This document shows positions 1 through 12,580 of a DNA stretch of 64,000 nt, in pieces (the stretch's first letter is position 1; each line of letters starts with the position of its first letter). This DNA comes from Podarcis melisellensis. Lineage: Eukaryota. The stretch lies in assembly GCA_964234715.1 (NCBI GenBank), contig OZ174280.1; one strand, 5' to 3'. The notes below the pieces were generated by a model that made no database searches, was not told where the DNA came from, and saw only the letters and a program-made list of their open reading frames with translations. The translations under genes were made by a program, and so were the position numbers.

Positions 1-265
1 GTGATATATTGTTGTTACTCTCTGAACCCAGGACCCCTGGGTCACATCACCCTATCCAATGTCAGGGCTGGCTCTTCCAAGCAAAACATTTATTTTATCA
101 ATTGATGATATCTATACCCCATCTTTCCATCAGGGAGCTCAAGGTGGCACCCCCATTTTAACTTCACAATAGTCCTGCAAAGTAGGTTAGGCTGAGGGTG
201 AATGACTGGCCCAAGTGGACTTTGCTGTAGAGCTGGGATTTGAACGCTGGTCTCCCCAGGCCCAT

Positions 266-416
266 ACCCAGCCACTCTGGGTGGCTTCCAACATATATAA
301 AAACATAATAAAACATTAAACGTTAAGAAACTTCCCAATACAGGGCTGGCTTTCCCTATACAGGGCTACCTTCAGATGCCTTCGAAACATTATAAAGTTA
401 CTTATCTCCTTGGCAT
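266..416 (-). mobile_element. L2-clade LINE 3' fragment
   Basis: cccagccactctgggtggcttcc...aaacttcccaatacagggct...ccttcagatg. Confidence 0.7.
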
Positions 417-2624
417 GGAGGGTCATCCTATAGAAACAGGGACATCCTAAGAAAAAGTGGGACATTCCGGGATCCAGGACTCAGCTACATTGGCAAAGAA
501 AAAGTGCTTTATATGCATTGCATATGCATTATAACACTGTGACACCAGATGATGTTGTGGAGTTCCGTTTTTGCCAATCTGATTTCTCATACAACGTTTA
601 CAACACATTTAACTGAAATGCTTCTTTGATGTGGGACGGCTTCTGTAAATCTGGGACTGTCGCTGGAAAATAGAGACATTTGGGTGGTCTGACATCCTAG
701 CACTCTAACCAATACACCCTACTGGCCCTCCTTAAGAAAGCAATTTTGGCAACTCATGTGAAAGCACCCTAACGAGGAAGTCTATTTTAATTCTATCTCT
801 CTTTTAAAAAAAACCTCTAAGAAAAGAATGCCCGTGAATATTATTTATGATGCATCCATTTTTTTTTTAATGCTATGGAGAAATAATTACTGGAAATATA
901 ATACTTTGTGACTGCACTGCAAATGCTGAGGTCTCAGTATCCTCATTTAATGGGCCATTGCAATCTGCTGTTACACCCCCTGCTCCACATCTGAATCCCC
1001 CACCCCCTCCCTCCTATTAAATTGCAAACATTGCCACTGTTAGGTCAGAACTTTGTTACCATAGCCCATGGCAGCTTTCCAAGGAGTTATAGTGTCAGCG
1101 AGAGTTGAAACCATGTTCCTGATGAGGCCTAGAGCTGACCTTGGGAGAAGGAAGAAAAAGACTTTCACACACAAATTCAGATTGTCAGATGGGGCTTTGA
1201 GAAGGAATGAATGGCAGGCATAGTGGGAGAAAGAGCAAGGGGTTCTGGGAATGAGCCTTGGGTCTTCAGTGTTTTGTATTTCAGGTTCTGCAGGAATGAG
1301 CTCAGCTGGGCAAGTGTGAATTTTGAAATCATCCTACCCTGTATCACTCGTGATATAGGACTTTTCCACCGTCTGTTCATGCTGCAGCCGAGGATCTGCT
1401 GAATAGCATTGTGTTTGTTCTCCTTAGACTGACGAAGTGCAGCAATGCAGGCCAGCTCAAAACTAGACAGAGGTTAGCACAAATTCGTAGCAAGTTGAAA
1501 TGTAAACAGCCCATCAGCCAAAGTAAAGACAAGATGCATCCTCAAGCTCAAAGTATCCCCAAACATTAGAAAACCAGGATATTTAAGTGAAGGGGGTGAT
1601 ATCTAGAAGGGAATGTGTATTATTGCACTGTTAGCTTCTGAGATTTCTGGGATCTTTGGCTGGGCCAAAAAGTAAGTATAAATGCAGTTGACAAATAAAA
1701 TCTGATACTCATCCCCGTCAAAGACAGAAAACAGTACTCTAGGCTAGATTAACTTTTGTCATTGCAATATGTGCTGCCTTAACAGCTGAAAATAAACCCC
1801 ATGCAAATGTTAATATTTGGCATCGTTTTGGAATGTTATACTTTGCAAATTCTGGTAGTGAAATTTGACTTTGACGGATCTTTGCATGTGGGGTTGGGGG
1901 AGAAATCTTAATTCATCAAGAAAGCTGACATGCTTCAGTGCCCTAAGAAGTTAAAAACATCTGCAATGGCAAATGATGTAGAGATGTCCAGCTGGCTAGC
2001 ATAGACCGAAAGGAATGACAGAGAGAAAACAGCAGGCTGCTGAACTGCCCACGGAGAGGAACTAGGCAATGAATTACATTTTTAGTGCTTTTTTTGAAAT
2101 CTTGATGACTTTTGTTGCAATCAGAAACGTCAAAAGCAACGGAAAGAAAAGGGATGGAAACCTTACATAATGTCCATGCATTCTGCAGCAATGACCTTCA
2201 AAGATTACTAAAGAGGTCTGTGATTCCTTCGCTTTCACTTCTGCATAAGTCAGGTTTCAGTCATCTGATTGGTGGGAAACCATTTCGCTCTCCCCCTCCA
2301 TTAAATGGGGATATGTAACAGTGTTTCATTTGCAATATGCTACCACCAGGCAAAGAGGCTGGCTTTTATCTGAGGAAGAAAGTTAAAGCCTGCATCTGCT
2401 GTCAATTAGCAAGCAATTAAGGGAGTTGAAAACAAACCTGTTTACATTGGCTATGAAGTCTTGGATAATTTGAGAGACGTCAGGGCAGGATTTAAGACAT
2501 TAATGATCTTCTCGTTTCTCTCTCTTTTTGTACTTCCTCATCTTTCTTTCTGAGCTCCTCACACATTAATTAAATCTGAGGAGGTGGTTTTCAAACCATT
2601 CAAGTCAAGTTGGGTTGGGAATTA

Positions 2625-2850
2625 AGGGCATAAGAAGGGCCTACTGGATCAGGCCAAGGGCCCATCTAGTCCAGCATCCTGACGCATCCTGGACCCATCC
2701 AGCACAGTGGCCATCTAGATGGCTGCAGGAAACCCACAAGCAGCACCTGAGCATAAAAGCGGTCTTCCCTCAACCAATATTCAGAAACATTACTGCCTCT
2801 GACTCTGGAGAAAAGCATAGCCATTATGGCTAGTAGCCATTGGTAGCCCT
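2625..2850 (-). mobile_element. CR1-type 3' end fragment
   Basis: cataagaagggcctactggatcaggccaagggcccatctagtccagcatcctg. Relatives at 23048-23140, 39738-39860 and 50420-50560. Confidence 0.65.
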
Positions 2851-3232
2851 TTTCTGCCTTCTCTCTTCTGCAGTATTCTCTCTTGTACTGAAGATGTAGA
2901 AAGTAAAGTTGAAGTGAGCATTCAAAGCAAGGGTCCTCAGCTTGGTGAGCACCCTTGCTTGAATGTGCATGAGCAGAATCAAACAGGTTTGGCTTGGGTT
3001 CTCCCCCTTCTCTACTTAGCCCTCTGTCACCAGCTAGGCTGACTCCCATCCTCAGAGGAGCAACTGAAGCATAGCAGGCTCCTTCAGAGATGGTCCTTCT
3101 TCTCTGATTGTATTTTGGAAAGAAGTTGCAGTGACATTGTCATCATCTCTTTCCCATCACAGATCATGCTTGTTGTATTACACTTGCATGACCTTCAGTC
3201 GGGGCGAAAGACACTACCAGCATCGTTTACAG

Positions 3233-3368
3233 CAGGCATCCCCAAACACAGCCCTCCAGATGTTTTGGGACTACAACTCCCATCATCCCTGACCACTGGT
3301 TCTGATAGCTAGGGATGATGGGAGTTGTAGTCCCAAAACATCTGGAGGGCCGAGTTTGGGGGTGCCTG
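3233..3368. mobile_element. Palindromic hAT MITE
   Basis: Near-perfect fold-back caggcatccccaaac...gtttgggggtgcctg. TSD gtttacag/ctttacag. Degenerate relatives near 4152-4287, 6400-6600, 21720-21825, 24950-25040 and 42630-42740. Confidence 0.85.
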
Positions 3369-5376
3369 CTTTACAGCAAGAGTTGAAAACATTTTTTCCA
3401 GCCCACATTCCATCTGGGGGCATGAGAAGCGCTCTATAGATTCATCTGTATCAAACACATACAGTCACTTGCAAATAAGAAACTATGCAGCCTTTCAAGC
3501 TGCATATGCAAAAAAAAGTCAAGTGAGTTGGTTTCCAAACATGCAGCAACACAGGGGATACTCGAGAGGAATTCATATGGTTAGGAACCAAAATATAGTA
3601 ATGGAAATGCTTGCCTGATGCCTGTAACTACACAGGGAGATGTCCCACATACTATAGCTACTGGCCACAACATTAAACGCAACTTTGTGGTTCAAACCCA
3701 GCTTTACCAGCCACCATGGCTCTTTAGAAATCTGAAGATTTTGGGAGGTATTGGGATTGCTAACCTCAGTTGCATGCTTGGTTAAAGACTACACCCTAAG
3801 CAGTTGTGGGGCCCTGCTTTTAAGTGGCTGCCACAAGGCTCTGCTCCATAGAATGTGTTTAGTACTGAGAGTGAGCCAAGCTGAACATGATAGTTTGCAA
3901 ACTAAGTCAGTCTCCTTTGACTCTCTTTTTTCATAAAATATCTGGTACTTGCAAAATTATTATTTCATAAGGGGAGCTAAAGGAGGAATGCATGTCTACT
4001 CTGGTTGAGTGTCTAATCTAGGATAGGCAACTTGAGGCTGCAGGCCATCAAGGCTTTTTTGCTGGAAAGATCATCCTACAGATGGAATCAGTCAAATTGT
4101 GGAAGAGGAAAATCTTGGTTGGGTGGACACAGTTCCTTACCCTCCCTAATTCAGGGTTGGGGAACCATGGTACTTCATATGTTGGTGGACTACAACTTCC
4201 ATCATGCTTGACCATTGACCATGATGGCAGGGTGTGATGGGAGTTGGAGTCCAGTGATATCTGAAAGGTCACAGTTCCCCACCCTTGCTTTAATAGCAAA
4301 CACAGATGGTGAAAGCCAACAGGGCCTTCAAGAAACAAGAGGTTCTGTATCTCTGAGCTAGAAAACTCCAAATGGAAACATGTATAGGGATGGTGCAGCG
4401 AAAAAGTTTGTTGTGAGTCCCACTACGGAGGCTTCTATTGCACCTAGCCCTGATCTGATCATTGGGTTCACGCGCCTGGAGCTCTGCCAAAGTGAAACGG
4501 TGGGAAAGAAGAAACACTAAACTATATTTATGTGACATTTGTTTTCCTGTATATTATGTCACCTCCCTAATTGTGGGTGAAAGTAGAAGTAACACTTGTT
4601 TTAGTAAGCTGGACTGGTGACTCAGCCCTTAACACACAGACCACTATTCCAGCAGATACAGTAACAAAGTGCCATATTTAGATCTTGTGACCATAACACA
4701 CCCTTTTAGAGAATTGTGGTGGATCAACTGCTCATTTCCCATAGTTACATCATTCATTGCTGATTCCGGGAAATGTGAATGATTGATTGATTTGCAAAGA
4801 TGATCTATTCCTCAAGACAATCTGCTTGAGGGAAGTGGGTTGGAATAGTCCTGGTTCAGAAAAGATGCTGCTTAGTCCAATAGTTACCCTCATAAAAGTA
4901 AAGGAAAGTGTAGCAGAAAACATCAAATGTGATTTATTTTTAATTCATGTGTACCTGAATTGAGTGTGCTACATTTTGTTTTTCTGAAATATGACACACA
5001 GCAGTTGAATACCTCTGAATGCAAAACGTTGTTGTAATAAATTCATTCTGTTTTCATCCTACTGTTTCTCATAGTTGCTCAGGACTGGGCCGTGTACATA
5101 GTGTTATTCTATTTCCGCTTCCCACAGCACACCTTTGAGGTAGGTTACACCTGAATGATGCCACCCAATAATGTAATGGCTAAGAACACAGGTTTCCCTA
5201 GCCCTAGCCCCAAACTGCTCACAATACGTGTAGAGGATTTTCTTCTCTAAGTAGGAATTTTTTTTTATTTTAAAAAAATGGGCCCAAGGTCACAGCAACC
5301 CTATACATATGTAGAGTGCTTTTCCTCCCTCTAAGAAAACATCACACTTAGCTCAGGCAATATAGACATATTCTTA

Positions 5377-5618
5377 CAATGGTACCGCGGGCTACAGATG
5401 CTTCAGGTTATAAATGTTTCAGGTTACAGATTCCGCTAACCCAGAAATACTACCTCGGGTTAAGAACTTTGCTTCAGCATGAGAACAGAAATCGTGTTCC
5501 AGCGGTGTGGCAGCAGCGGGATGCCCCATTAGCTAACGTGATACCTCAGGTTAAGAACAGTTTCAGGTTAAGAACGGACCTCCAGAATGAATTAAATTCT
5601 TAACCTGAGGTACCACTG
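5377..5618. mobile_element. Tc1/mariner (Tigger-like) MITE
   Basis: TA-flanked TIRs caatggtaccgcggg / cctgaggtaccactg. Closely similar to 16014-16255. Confidence 0.85.
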
Positions 5619-6109
5619 TACTCACATAACAAAGAGCAATCTCTAGACAGCTTGCAATCAAGTTTTACAAAATTGCAAATTCCATATACTGTTGTTGAAA
5701 GAAGTGATCTGTCAGGTACTGTGGTCCCAAACCATATAAGGTTTTCTAGAATAAAACCAGCACACTGAAATGGACCTGGAAGCATATAGGCAACCATTTG
5801 CTGTTGTGCTAATACTGATGTTATGTGATCAGAGTGTCTAGCTAGTTCCCATCAGGAGCCTGGCTGGCTGCAGCATTCTGCATCAAGTGCCATTTCCAAA
5901 CTGCACTATGCATACAGCACATAGATCACTTCAGCCATGCCACCCTGTGCATTTATGGGTGTAGCTGGGCCATTAGCCAAAGCTGGTGTAAGGCAGTCCA
6001 TGTCATTGAGGCCACCTGCGTCTCAAGAAACAGAAGAGGATTCAAGAGAACACCCACGCTATGGACCAGCTACTTCAGGAGGAAGTGTGACACTACTCAA
6101 CACAGTCAG

Positions 6110-6176
6110 AGGAACCACTCACCTATCGGCATCTCAGTCTTATCTGGATTGAGCTTCAGTTTATCGGTTCTCATAA
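6110..6176 (-). mobile_element. Tiny L2 RT fragment
   Basis: Translates to MRTDKLKLNPDKTEM, matching the L2/CR1 motif LKLNPDKTE. Confidence 0.6.
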
Positions 6177-8769
6177 GTTTGTCTCTCTTTGGTTTGTTGC
6201 CATAGTACTGCCTTTGATGTAAATCTTCTAGTGCACACCTTTGGTCATACATTTCCGTACAAGATCAATGTTCCATCATCTTTGTAGCAACTGATCTTTA
6301 CACAGGTGACAGGAGGAGGACATTGCTCTCATTTGTTAGTTCAAGATGCATTGGCCATTAAGTAAACAAAACAGTAAAAATTGTGAAATTTATACTGCTT
6401 CTCCAAATCCAGTGCCCTCCAGATGTTTTGGACAACAACTCCCATCACCCTTGACCATTGGTCATGCTGGTTGGGGCTGATGGGAGTTGTTGCTCTAATG
6501 GAGAAGGGGTATCCCTCCAGATGTTGCTGGACTTCAACTTCTTTGGTCATACTGGCCCTGAATCATTGGAGTTCCAGTCCATAAACAACAATGGCCTGTG
6601 GGTCAATGTGTGGTTGTATGAGCCAAAGCTGATCCGAACTAGTGTCCTCTTTTCTTTGATATCCCGCCTGCATCGATCCCTTTCAAGATGTATTAGAATT
6701 GTCATCTCTCTGAAAGACAGATATACATCAGGAAAGGAGGGGAGGTGGTTGGGCTAGATTGCTCAGCTTTGGGTGTCCGTTGTCTGAGAAACTGAGCTAG
6801 CTTGTGTTCATTTCAAGAAAGTTTATATATAACTCAGGCTGGCCAGTGGAGAAATGGGGTGGCGGGAAAGGAAGCATAATGACTGTTAAGTCTTTCAAGT
6901 CCCAGAGGACCTCACAAGCAGACCTCTCGCTGCCCACATCCTAGTGTGAATGTGAACCAAGGGCTGAAACTAAACCATACAACACTTTGGAGAAATTGAA
7001 TTTAATAGCCAAACGCAAAAGTCTATCGTATGAGAAACTGAAGAAGAGGAGAAGCTGAACTCTTAATTACTAGTTTAATAGCAACACACAAACAATCTAT
7101 TCCCCTACTAGCAGATTTATTCTCAAAGGCAATGGTGAGCTCTTAGGTTAAGCTGATATAGCCCCACTGGCTTCCAGCCAATTAGCTAAATTCTCAGCTG
7201 TATGAAACAGCTAGATGAATCCCAGTAAGAGATTAATTATGGGCATTGTCACATGATGACTACAAAACACCTCCAAGTTTACTAAGCTACTAATTGCTAC
7301 TGAGCTCGTTGTTTTTCAATATCCCTTTAACAGGAAGAATTCATCTTCTTTAACATGGTCTCTTTGGTTTGGAAAAACCAGACATAAATTAATTCCTGGA
7401 AGCTTACATTGGAAAAACATTACAACCTATTTAGAGGTTTCTGTGGATACCTTGGTCTTTGCTTCTTTGAGTCAGTTAGGTTGCCTGTGGCACTGAAGCC
7501 AGGTTGTGGGGGTAAGGGGTTAGACAAGGGTGAAGCTAAATACAGAGAGGTCCTACACATGTCCAGAATGCTGGATGAGAGGAACTTTGGTCTGATACAG
7601 CCAGACTAATGTAATGTCCATAGGCTAGCTTCTGATGTAAGCTAAGAGCAGAGATGGACAAACTGACCCATTTTATTTTTAAAACTTCCACAGGCACTTT
7701 ACATTGCATTTAAAGACACATTTTTTTACCCATCTCAAATGGAGATAGCCAAAGATTGAACCTAAAATTTTCTGCATGCAGAACACATGCTTGACTGCTA
7801 AGTCACTATCACTCCTGTGTATGCATGGTCTCAACCGTAATCAGATCCCAGCCGCGGTTGCTTTATGAAGATATGTAAAGTAAGCTTGGGTGTTTGTACC
7901 AGAAGTGAAGAAATCAGGCTATTTTGCATTGTGGGAAACAAATAGTGGTCACCTAGAAAAAATAATCTAAAAAGGTCTTAATGTCATTCATCAGCTTGGC
8001 ACACTAAAGCCACAGCTTCTGCCCTGGTGAAAGTGCAGAAGGTTGTTGAACATTTTCTGCTGCCCAGCCCATAAAAAACCATGAATGTAATGCATCTTGC
8101 CAATAACATTTTTAAAATAAAAAACATGAATTTTGTGCTTTTATTTTCCGGGTATTGTGCATCCTTATTACCACGAATCTCTTAATACAATAAACATTTC
8201 CTGAAGACTCACTTCCTTTTCATGTGCTTTGGTGGAGAACAACACCTTGTCCTAAATGGACACAGGGCAATGGAGGGCAATATTACTTTGGCTTTGAATT
8301 TCTGTCCTTTCCTAGCTGGTTAAAATAGATCTTCCTTTATTATCAGTGATGCAATAGCAATTATATTGGTTCCCTCAAACCACAAGTCCACATGAAATTA
8401 TTGTAGAGCACTTGGAAGTTTCAAACTTGATAACTTCAGGAGACATTTCTATGATTGTTTGCCTGCCAACAAACTCCTTTGCGTTGCAAAGGATTCTGGG
8501 GTCTAGTCTACAGTACTGTGTCACCTCATGCAGAGACACAGTCAGACAGAGGCCAAGTGAAGAAGTGTATCCCCACCACTCCATGGGCTGCTGTGTAAAG
8601 GAACCTATACACATTAGAAGTCTCTCCCCTGTAGGGACTCCACACAATTGAAACGCCCTTTCTTTTCCATTCAATCTCTCTCCCCACACATCAATACAAA
8701 TGTTCATGCCAACATGACCTGAAGGCTGGCAACATCAATCATGTCGTGTGGGAATCCCTTGCAGATGAC

Positions 8770-9126
8770 CAGGGGCAGAGGAAGGGGGTGCGGTGAGGGC
8801 GGTCTACCCTTGATGTCACCACTGAGAGGAGTGACAAAATGGCGGGCAGCACTCATCTCAGAGCCTGCAGCACGCCCGAGCCATGTGCCTCTCCTGGGAG
8901 TGACTCGTGGCTTGGGCACCCGCAGGCTCCGTGCTGCCCCAAACAGTCCGCCCGCCGGCTTCCCCTCAGCTGTAGGGCAGCTGAGTGGGAGGAGGCAGGC
9001 AGATTCCTTGGAGGCCCCACGGAGCGTCCTGCCGCAGCTGGCCCTGCCTCATGGGCAGCTGGCCCTGCCACTGGGCGCAGGGCACGCACACCACCCCAGG
9101 TGCCCGATCGGCTTGCTCTGCCACTG
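8770..9126. mobile_element. hAT-type non-autonomous DNA transposon
   Basis: TIR caggggcagag / ctctgccactg (10 of 11 match). 8-bp TSD cagatgac at 8762-8769 and 9127-9134. Confidence 0.85.
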
Positions 9127-9158
9127 CAGATGACCACCATGACTAGAGACAGACAGCT

Positions 9159-9513
9159 CATAGCAGCCAACTCCAGGGGGCTGTGGGTGCTTGGGCACCC
9201 CAATAATATAATTGTGGGGGTCAGGCACCCACAAAGTCAATGAAAAAAGCCAGCAGGGGGAGAAGCAGTTCAGCTCCATCTTCCGCAGCCAGCCAGCAAG
9301 GCATCCTTTTCCAGGAGGGTGGGGCTTGGGCACTGAGTCATAGTCTCTCTGTCTCTGAGTGCAAGTCCAAGTCCTTCACTGTGGAAAAGGGTGCCTCATC
9401 GGCTGCTGGCTGTGTGACATCACACGCACTACATGCAGGCATGTGCGTGTGACATCGCACGTCCTTTAGCAGTAGCGGGCACCCACAATCCTGAGGGCAA
9501 GATGGCATCCCTG
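9159..9513. mobile_element. hAT-type non-autonomous DNA transposon
   Basis: 8-bp TSD agacagct at 9151-9158 and 9514-9521. Imperfect TIR catagcagccaac / gatggcatccctg. Confidence 0.75.
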
Positions 9514-10169
9514 AGACAGCTTATGTGTCCAAAGCAGTGACCAGAGGAAGAATGACCACTGGGAGGAATGCAAGAGAAGAAACACCAGGGTGCATCTGCA
9601 GCAGCACAACCGGACATGTTCATCTGCTCCAGCTGCAACAAAACATGTCTCTTCTGTATTGGTCTCTACACTCACAACAGGAGCTGCAACCTTCTAACAG
9701 ATTGACTTCGCTCACAAAGGTGCACTCCTCAATTGTTTCTCAAGACAACGCTGTCTCTCCAAGTACAAGTCTGGGCACATGACACTTGAGGCAAAGCCAG
9801 CAGTGGCTGCATTAATACTTCAACACAGGATTGCCCAATTTGTAAATCCTATGTCTATTCACCTTCAGTCTTGTCCTTATCTTGTAATTTGGGAGAGCTT
9901 TTTTTTGCAAACTTTAATCCCTTTCTCGTAAACCAGTAAAGATATTTTAATAATATAAGGAAGACAAGCTTGCTTGTGTACATCATATGTACATCTGAAT
10001 TAAACATTAAAAATTCAATTAAAAAGACAGACTATCAGAGAGCACTAAAACCACAAAATACAAGCAGCAAAGGCAGCAAATAAAACAGCCGTTAAAATTC
10101 ATTAAAAGAGTCTCAAATCCCATTAAAAGAATGGGGAAACAGAACAGATGTCATTATAGTTCTGAGGAA

Positions 10170-10272
10170 CAGCACATCCTCTGCATGCAAAAAGTCCCAG
10201 GTTCAGCCCCCAACATCTCCAGGTAGGATTTGGAAACCTCCCTTTCTGAAACCCTGGAAATTTACTGCTAGC
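10170..10272 (+). mobile_element. Ancient tRNA-derived SINE fragment
   Basis: tgcatgcaaaaagtcccaggttcagcccccaacatctccagg...ctgaaaccctggaaa. Relatives near 18720-18880, 41690-41790, 42075-42150 and 59860-59980. Confidence 0.55.
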
Positions 10273-10284
10273 CCCTGAAATGGA

Positions 10285-10750
10285 GGAATCTCAACTAAAG
10301 CATCCATGACAGATGGTCAGTCAACCTCTGGTTAAAAACATCCAATGAAGAAGATTCCACAACCATCTGAGGGAGTCCATTCCACTGTCAAACGGCTCTT
10401 ACCTCAGAGTTCTTCCTGATGTTCAATCGGAATCTCCCTTCTAGTAACTTGATTCCATTGGCTCAAGTCCTACCCTCTAGAGCAGGGGGAAACCAGCTTG
10501 CTCCATTTCCCATGTGACAGCCCTCGAGATATTTGAAGATGGCTATCATTACTCCTCTCATTCTCCTTTTATCCAGGCTAAACATACCCAGCTCAACCAT
10601 TCCTTATGAGGCTTGGTTTCCAGACCCTTGATCATCTTGGTCACCCTCCCCTACACATGTTCCAGCTTGTCAATACCCTTCTTAAATTGTGGTGCCCAGA
10701 ACTGGACACAGTACTCCAGGTGTGTCCTGACCAAGGCAGAGTAGAGCAGT
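10285..10750 (-). mobile_element. Older CR1 LINE 3' fragment
   Basis: Similar to the 45813 copy: tccaggctaaacatacccagctc, ggtgcccagaactggacacagtactccagg. Confidence 0.8.
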
Positions 10751-10884
10751 ACTCAACTGAGACTCTGTATTATAGGGAAAGACATGTAATGCTGTGCAAG
10801 ATTTTGTTCTGATTCATCCACATCAGGTATCTACAAGGCAAGGCAGCCAGGAACTGTTTGCCAGATCAGCACGTAGAGTTCTTA

Positions 10885-11117
10885 GGATGGGATTCAATGC
10901 TAAGTGGGGTAAGGATGTGTGGAACAAGATCCACTCATGCTGTAAGTCTTCCCCTCCTCCTCTCCTTCCTCCATGCACACCCCTTAATCTTGTTCTGAGG
11001 GGTCCTGCAACCCCCCAGACTAGAGTTAGGGAGTATAGAGGGAAGAGAGGGGGGAAGTCCTGTTGTGTGAGCTGATTTTGATCCATGCACCCAAGAGCTT
11101 AGTTGAATCCCATCCCT
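10885..11117. mobile_element. Fold-back MITE (possibly Harbinger-type)
   Basis: TIR ggatgggattcaa / ttgaatcccatcc with an imperfect internal palindrome. Relatives near 50860-51050 and 62960-63190. Confidence 0.6.
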
Positions 11118-11590
11118 AGTAACTCACTCCAACAGCGACAACTATGACAGTTGCTAATGCTCAAGGCTCGACTTGAGGTGAAGGGGGACCTTATGAATCT
11201 TTCCATCCAGCCCATCACTCCAGAGCTCCATGTGATGCCTAAACAGTGTGTATCCTTAAAGGACCAACACTCTGACTTGAAGGCAAATACTTCTCTTCTC
11301 TTCTGTTGCTCCCTACCTAGTATGCTTCCTACATCATTATACCAATGTGGTGTAGCAGTAGCACTTGATTGCCCAGGTGAATTGGAATTGAGAGAAATCA
11401 TCTTTTAGGATCCTGGCTCAGGTTTTGCAGCCTTCTGATCAGTAACCTCAAGTTCGGAATCAGGAGTCTGATCCAGTTTCACAGCAGGTGGAAGAGATGC
11501 TCCCTCTTCCCTCTCTGCATTTAAGTCCAGGACCATCACAGATGGTTTCCAGGGAAGTTTGTCTACCATTATTGATATCATTAGAAAACC

Positions 11591-11621
11591 CTAAAGAGCT
11601 CTGAATGAACTATCAGTCCCC
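11591..11621 (-). CDS. Candidate terminal exon D, coding part (R)GTDSSFRAL*, followed by possible 3'UTR
   Basis: Acceptor ctttcaagctcttttccag|. Phase matches the end of exon C (AG|G). TAG at 11591-11593. About 470 nt of unique sequence follows, with no clear nearby poly(A) signal. Confidence 0.35.
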
Positions 11622-12470
11622 CTGGAAAAGAGCTTGAAAGCCACTTTTCTAGTACAAGGAATTCAATTTGCATTGGCTTACAATTATTGCTTTACAAGGT
11701 TTCATATTAAAATGGAAATAAGAATTTGGCAGCACAGCCATCTTTATGATATAAAGTTAAGGCATAAAACAACTGCTAAACTAGTTCTGCAGCTAAGCCA
11801 GAAATTGAACAAGTTTTGTTCAGTCTAATGCTTAAAGAAAGTCAGTGTGTGTAGTGGTTAGAGTTTTGGACTATTTACTCTCTCTCTCTCTCTCTCAGCC
11901 TAACCTACCTCACAGGGCATTTGTGAGGATAAAATGGGGAAGTGGAAAACTCTGTGTGCTAGTTCTTGGCATAAAGGTAGGATATAAATGTAATAATAAT
12001 CGTTAAGAATATTGAAAAAGCTATATCGAAGCTTAAATGAGACATTCAATGCAGAGTCAGATAGATTAGGACACTGCTATTTTATTTTATTTTATTATTT
12101 ATTTTATTTTATATCAGTTTCCATGCAAAGGAAACAGCCTTCTGGAAATGACCAATGCCGAACTATAGCAAATGAACTTCAAAGAGAGACTGCAACATGT
12201 AACCACTGAATTACAATAGATCAAGCATTTCAGCTATCACTTGTGAACAGAAACAATGCAAAGTTTTTGTCTTTTTTTGCACATGTGTAAAATAGCTTCC
12301 CAATGCCAGGATATCTGTGAAATGAAGAACTATTTGGTGAATAACCACTGTTAAATATGTCATTATCCCAGTCTGCACTTTTTGCGCATTTCATTTCCCT
12401 CCAGTCTCACTTTTTAAAATTCCACCCAGCTATGTATATGTATGCACCTGAAATTCAACATAAGGCTTTA

Positions 12471-12580
12471 GGCACTCAGTGAAGTGGACTGAAGTCCATA
12501 AAACCTTATCCCATAATGATTTTGTTCATCTTTAAGGTGCCCCATGTCTCTCTTGGGTTTGCAAGCAAACACTCTGGAAA
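12471..12580 (+). mobile_element. Old Penelope-like terminal fragment with a decayed hammerhead
   Basis: cactcagtgaa-gtggac(tgaa)gtccat-aaaaccttat...tttgttcatctttaaggtgcc. Stem II is kept and the core is mutated. Shares tctttaaggtgc with the young PLE copies. Confidence 0.55.

Larger units (their letters stand above)
8700..9750 (+). mobile_element. RTE-clade LINE 3' fragment interrupted by two hAT MITEs
   Basis: With the MITEs removed it reads HDLKAGNINHVVWESLADD... and FICSSCNKTCLFCIGLYTHNRSC, the RTE C-terminal zinc-finger-like motif. Confidence 0.7.

Noticed and set aside
6117-6300. Minus-strand donor gtgagt suggesting an exon
   Set aside because: The donor is inside an L2 RT fragment (LKLNPDKTE) and there is no matching acceptor.
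8704-9782. GC-rich overlapping ORFs as a coding exon or CpG-island promoter
   Set aside because: Explained by two hAT MITEs nested in an RTE fragment.
11410-11590. Alternative acceptor at ctttag giving ...KCREGRGSISSTCCETGSDS* or MISIMVDK...PGS*
   Set aside because: Phase-incompatible with the end of exon C, which gives an immediate stop, and no recognisable homology. Treated as probable UTR.
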